Below are positions 61,980-64,000 of a DNA stretch of 64,000 nucleotides, in pieces (position 1 is the first letter of the stretch; the number at the start of each line of letters is the position of its first letter). Where the stretch lies: assembly GCF_004010195.1 (NCBI RefSeq), contig NC_057755.1, forward strand, positions 6,727,925-6,791,924, written 5' to 3'. The notes beneath the pieces were generated by a model. It did no database searches. It was given only the letters and a program-made list of their open reading frames with translations, and had not been told where the DNA came from. Source of the DNA: Chiloscyllium plagiosum. Its lineage: Eukaryota. The translations under genes were made by a program, and so were the position numbers.

Positions 61980-64000
61980 GAGCGGTGAGGAGAGAGGGTT
62001 CAGGGAATAAAGGGCTGCTGGGAAGTTTTAAAGTGGGTGAGATCTAAACCCGAGACCTTACACCGTAGGGCCTCCCTCTAACCTTACTAAAAATCTGTAA
62101 ACTCTGCAAGTTTGCAGGTTTTCTCTTTTTTTTTGCTTCTCTTCCCCATTTAGTACTATGTTGGCTTTCAGATTAGAGGGGCATGGCTGATAGAGCAGTT
62201 GCATGTTCCTCCTGCACAATGTGGCAGGTGAGAGACACAACACATGTCTCTGCCGACCACATCTGAGGGAAGTGCACCAAATCCAATTCCTCAAAAACGG
62301 AGTTAGGGAACTGGAGCTGCAGCTCAATGAACTGTGAATCGTCCGGGAGGCTGATGGAGAAATTGAGAGGATGCGCAGAGAGATGGTCACTCTTCAGACA
62401 CAGTATAATGACAGCTGACATACATTCAGGGGAAGGAAAGAGAACCAATAGATAGAGCGGGGGTAACCTATGGCCGTTCCCCTCAGCAATAAGTATACCA
62501 TTTCGTACACAACTGGTGAGAAGGCCTACCAACGGAAAGCCATAGTTGTCAGATTTCTGGCACTGAGCCTGGCACTGATGCTCAGAAGGAAAGAGGAGGG
62601 AGAATAGAAAATCACTGGTGGGAGGGAACTCAATAGTTAGACGGATTGACAGGAGATAATATGGTCAGGAACGGGACACCCGGTAAGTATTTTGCCTCCC
62701 CGATGCCAGGATCTGATATGACATCAATCGAATTTACTGGATTCTGAATGGAGAGGGTGAACAGCCAGAAATCGTGGTACATATTGGAACCAATGATATA
62801 GCCAGGGAATGGATTGAGGGTCTGAAAAGTGACTACAGAGAGTGAGGTTGGAAGCTGAAGAGCAGGACGAATAGAGGAGTGACCTCAGGTTGGCTACTGG
62901 TGCCACGACACAGTGAGGTGAAAAACAGTCCGCGAATGCAGCTTAACAAGTGGCTGCGAGCCTGGTGCAGGAGGGTGATTTCAGATAGGTAGACCATTAG
63001 GACGCCATCTGAGGAATGTGGGACCTATTCCTATTGGATGGTTTGCACGTGGTCTGGAGGGGCACAAATGTCCTGGATGGGTGATTTCATCATGGTTCTG
63101 GAGGGTTTAAACTAGTTAGGAAAGGGGGTGAGAACCAGAGCTACATATCTGAGAGGAGGCAGTTGCAGATGGGGCAGCGGCAGGATGTAGAAAATCCAGC
63201 AGGAAGGTTTTTTCACTTGATGAAACAAAAGAATCGGTTAAAGTGTGTCTGTTTTATCGCAAGGAATGTCAGAAATAAGAGTGATAAACTTATAGCACGG
63301 ATCAGTACTTGGGAATATGGTGATGTGTTCGTAACGGAGACGTGAGTTTCACAGGGGCAGGAATGGTTGCTTGATGTTCCTGTGTTTAGAACGTTTAAAA
63401 AGAACAGGGCGGTGGAAAAAGAGGAGGGGGTGTAGCAGTGTTAATCAGAGAGAGCATCACAGCTACGGAAACGAAGGTTGTCGAGAAAGGTTTGTCTACT
63501 GAGTCAGTAGGTGGTAGTTAGGAACTTGAAGGAGCTCTCTTCCTCCCTCTACAAAGATTTCAGTGAGTCCCACTCTCACTGTACCCCCCAGGTCATCTCC
63601 TCTGCACAGAAGCTCTTCAGCAGAAGGGATTATGCCCGAAACGTCGATTCTCCTGTTCCCTGGATGCTGCCTGACCTGCTGCGCTGTTCCAGCAACACTT
63701 TTTCGGCTCTGATCTCCAGCATCTGCAGACCTCACTTTCTCCTCAAAGATTTCAACCTACTGCGAATCCTCTTACAAGGATGCCTTCCTTGAAGAAGCTC
63801 TCTTCCTCCCTCTACAAAGATTTCAGTGAGTCCTTCTCTCACTGCACCCCCCAGGTCATCTCCTCGGCACAGAAGCTCTTCAGCTAGAAGGGCTTATGCC
63901 CTAAACGTCGATTCGCCTGTTCCCTGGATGCTGCCTGACCTGCTGCGCTTTTCCAGCAACACATTTTCGGCTCTGGTAGTTAGGAACACCAAGGAATCAG
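61980..64000 (+). mobile_element. CR1 5' part, paralog of 10203-11750
   Basis: Colinear with copy A apart from the 63526-63973 insert. Confidence 0.9.
63526..63973 (+). mobile_element. Non-autonomous PLE-derived tandem insert (1.7 x 263 bp) with 14-bp TSD
   Basis: TSD tggtagttaggaac at 63512-63525 and 63974-63987; empty site at 11724-11737; units start at 63526 and 63789; pLTR core present. Confidence 0.88.

Larger units (their letters stand above)
54735..64000 (+). repeat. Segmental duplication, copy B (paralogous to 1-11750), runs off the window end
   Basis: See copy A. Confidence 0.95.

Overview
Repeat-dense vertebrate genomic DNA, very probably from a cartilaginous fish (shark). That is inferred from the mix of CR1 LINEs with SGNH-esterase ORF1, HE1-like tRNA SINEs, Penelope-like elements (PLEs) and two-exon GPR139/GPR142-like receptor genes. 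The window is part of a GPR139-like GPCR cluster. It holds an apparently intact large coding exon on the minus strand (42431-43353), a disabled paralogous exon on the plus strand (about 19160-20060; dead splice acceptor, frameshift and stop) and a short first coding exon on the plus strand (53831-53900). Positions 1-11750 are duplicated at 54735-64000, and each copy carries its own insertions and deletions with readable target-site duplications (TSDs). The rest is CR1, PLE, SINE and Gypsy debris plus three minisatellites (36, 29 and about 70 bp units) and three N gaps. The most unusual signals are PLE derivatives carrying minimal hammerhead-ribozyme motifs: a fold-back element 80 nt upstream of the GPCR start codon, a near-perfect 200-bp double-hammerhead palindrome, and a 263-bp tandem retrozyme-like insert. 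There is also a cluster of 11 copies of a 15-bp motif at 23.6-29.3 kb. No prokaryotic-type system (CRISPR, operon) is present. Repeat boundaries are approximate unless a TSD or junction is quoted, and all family calls are by motif recognition without database searches.
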